Part shown: one piece after another, positions 61,505 to 64,000 of the stretch
How the letters are laid out: each line of letters starts with the position of its first letter
Position numbering within the stretch: position 1 is the stretch's first letter
Origin: Stegostoma tigrinum
Taxonomy: Eukaryota
Assembly: GCF_030684315.1 (NCBI RefSeq)
Contig: NC_081376.1
Span: forward strand, 22,363,018-22,427,017
Length of the DNA: 64,000 nt
Reading direction: 5' to 3'
The notes under the pieces: model-generated
What the model was told of the DNA's origin: nothing
Database searches by the model: none
Seen by the model: the letters and a program-made list of their open reading frames with translations, nothing else
Made by a program: the position numbers and the translations under genes

Positions 61505-61730
61505 ATAATAAAGTGTGAAGCTGGATGAACACAGCAGGCCAAGCAGCATCTCAGGAGCACAAAAGCTGACGTTTCGGGCCTAGACCCTTCATCAGAGAGC
61601 TCTCTGATGAAGGGTCTAGGCCCGAAACGTCAGCTTTTGTGCTCCTGAGATGCTGCTTGGCCTGCTGTGTTCATCCAGCTTCACACTTTATTATCTTGGA
61701 ATCTCCAGCATCTGCAGTTCCCATTATCTC
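61505..61730. mobile_element. Hairpin mini-element, family 1 (inverted Penelope termini), 15-bp TSD
   Basis: Perfect 192-bp palindrome 61504-61695; TSD gagtacaagtcagtg at 61490-61504 and 61731-61745; arm matches the PLE end at 9331-9425. Confidence 0.9.
61604..61631 (+). ncRNA. Minimal hammerhead-ribozyme-like motif (antisense twin at 61568-61595; other intact copies at 58542-58569 and 42452-42479)
   Basis: CUGAUGA-A-GGGU(CUAG)GCCC-GAAAC-GUC; PLE termini are known to carry minimal HHRs with a vestigial stem III; stem I is weak here (2 bp); activity untested. Confidence 0.6.
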
Positions 61731-62010
61731 GAGTACAAGTCAGTGTTGGTTTTGGAGCTCCCTGGTTATTTGATTGTTCTTGATCCCCACCCATGGCTAA
61801 TGGATGTTAAGGAATTGGGTAGCCTTTTGGCATCTACTAGGGCAACCTGCCTCACTCACTTGAATTGGTCAGTGGTCCATAAATTGACTTTGTGGAAGGC
61901 ATCATGTAATCCCATAATTCTGAGAGTACAGGTCATCTCACTGCTAGGGGTAAGAATTATACAAGATTCTGAACTACAGGGTTACATTTAAGCTGTCTGT
62001 CTGTTTATAT

Positions 62011-62160
62011 CTTTCTTTTCTGCTGTTTGTACCTTTCTTTTCTGCTGTTTGTACCTTTCTTTTCTGCTGTTTGTACCTTTCTTTTCTGCTGTTTGTACCT
62101 TTCTTTTCTGCTGTTTGTACCTTTCTTTTCTGCTGTTTGTACCTTTCTTTTCTGCTGTTT
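62011..62160. repeat. Minisatellite, 22-bp unit ctttcttttctgctgtttgtac, ~6.8 identical copies
   Basis: Units start at 62011, 62033, 62055, 62077, 62099, 62121, 62143. Confidence 0.95.
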
Positions 62161-64000
62161 ATCTCTTCTTAAAATGATTCTTGTATCCTGCAAATTCTTT
62201 GCATAGTAAATGAGTTGTTTGAAGTTAAACGTATGGACAGTGGCTAGTGAGAACTTGCAATATAACACTCTCTAATTTTGCAGTGGTTAAAAAAATGTAC
62301 AACTACACTGTAGTTGTAAATGGATATCAGTGTTGTTTCATGCAGTACATATCGTGCAATTTCATAGTACCCAGCTCCAACCAAAATCTGAATGCAGCCT
62401 AATTTACTGTTGTTATCAACTGTGTACAGTACCTAGTCTACTTGTCTTTTATTTGGAGGGAGAACCGGATTCTATACTTTCCCATGCCAGTGCTGTCCAG
62501 GATGTTTCCAGACTGGTTCCTTATGCAGTCCACTCTGCATGCAACACTTCAAAAGAAACTGGGATAATTGAACACTAAACTTGGACCTGTTTTGTCAATC
62601 ACATCTGTCAAAGAATTACAAATTGGAAAATGACATGCAAATGAAATAAATGATTGTGGTTACATTTTTGTTTGTGTAAATTCTCTTAATGTATAAATGA
62701 AACATGACAGACTGCAGAACAGGGGGAATTTATACAGCTCAAAGGATAGGTGGGGGAAAGATGTACAATCTATAATAGGCTGTAAACACTCAATCCAGCA
62801 AGCTTTAGAATCACAACTTTACAACACAGAAGTAGGCTATTCAGCTCACTGTGTCAGTGACAATTCTCTACAAAAGCAGTTCCATTTTTCCAATTATCCT
62901 GCTGCTTCTTTTTTCATTCTCAAATATTTACGTATTTTTCAACTAACTATGAAAGAAATATTTGTATTACATTGAGAAAGTCGCTGCAGTAGAAGCACGA
63001 AGTTTGAATATTTTTTTTTTCTTGACCTTGTCTCCCAACGGCTATTCTGTTTAACCTCAGTTACTGCTGCTGGTGCCAGTGGAAATTTTTAAAAGATAGG
63101 CTGCTTGAGTGTGCTATTCTGGCTGTTTTGGAATCCTTTCCATTGTGAGTATTTACCAAGGCTTAGTTGTATTCTTGGTTGACAAGGGAGTCTTCCCAGT
63201 GTGATGACTGTGCAGCATGACCAGGCCACAGTTGGAGTAGTCTTACATCTTGCCGTGTTTCATATGCTCCCTCAGTGAGCCAAGAGAACCACCCAGAGGA
63301 TAAGGGGAATTGAGCAGGCCAAATCTTAAGTAATGATCTTTTATACTACCTTTTACTACAGTAAAATCTCAAAACACTTCAGTAACTGAATCTAAGTTGA
63401 CAACAAGGACATAAAGTATTGAACTAGATGGCTCAAAACCTACTTTTAACAACTTTTTGTGGAAATTAAAAAAGTTTGGGGAGAGATTTCAGGAGTTGGG
63501 GTCCACACTGTTGGTAGGTGATAAGTTTAGACAATGTGTAGGAAGCCATAGCTGAAGGAGTGTAGGGTTCGATAATATGGCAAACTACAATTCTGAAACA
63601 ATGTAAAATAAAATATTTTGCTTTTGAATGCAATAACTTGCTGTGTTGAAAACTACATGTAAGCTGTAAGTGTAGTTGATATTTACTAGTGATGACCATG
63701 ACACTTTGTTTTTCTTCAAGTAATGGCATGCAAGTGTAAATATTTGCTTCAGTTAATTACATTATCTGAAAAATGGCACTTCTGACAGTATACTGCTCTG
63801 TTTATATTGCACCTTTGATCATTATTCAATGAATAGCTCATTATTTTATTCTCTCCTATTCAGTTTTTCTTGTTCTTTCACATAATGCAGCATTTTGCTG
63901 GCTTGACCAGATTTTTTTTGCCATCCCAAATTGCACTTGGAAAGGTGGTGGTGAGTTGCTACATCTATGTGGTGTGGCTACCCAGAGTGTTTTTCAGGAC

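Noticed and set aside
61505-61730. Classical DNA-transposon MITE or pre-miRNA
   Set aside because: Arms match a retroelement terminus, are unequal in length and have variable TSDs; no read evidence for a miRNA. A MITE origin is not formally excluded without a genome-wide search.
62011-62160. CRISPR-like array and ORF 62005-62268
   Set aside because: Units are contiguous with no spacers, the context is eukaryotic, and the ORF is only the translated repeat.
62200-64000. Start of PLK1, expected next by synteny
   Set aside because: No CpG island or kinase-like exon is visible before the window ends.

Overview
This is eukaryotic DNA from a vertebrate. Its repeat content (HE1/V-SINE-like and Deu-like SINEs, CR1 LINEs, Penelope elements) points to a cartilaginous fish, most likely a shark (inference). 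Three spliced genes can be rebuilt by hand with GT-AG junctions and consistent phases: NDUFAB1 (minus, 4 coding exons, 155 aa), PALB2 (minus, 14 coding exons, about 1312 aa) and DCTN5 (plus, 6 coding exons, 182 aa). PALB2 and DCTN5 are head-to-head across a ~500 bp promoter, the order recalled for human 16p12. Most ORFs in the supplied track are spurious or decayed retroelement fragments. The most unusual signal is non-coding. Two Penelope-like elements (PLEs, RT + GIY-YIG) end in minimal hammerhead-ribozyme (HHR) motifs (CUGANGA-stem-GAAAC-GUH/GUU). The same kind of terminus recurs about a dozen times as short non-coding elements, several of them hairpins with one HHR on each strand, flanked by variable 8-17 bp target-site duplications (TSDs). 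Three sequence families keep the catalytic core while their stems differ. A near-perfect inverted duplication with 488-bp arms sits directly against a truncated copy of one such terminus. Repeat boundaries are approximate, family names come from recognition, and no search or folding program was run.
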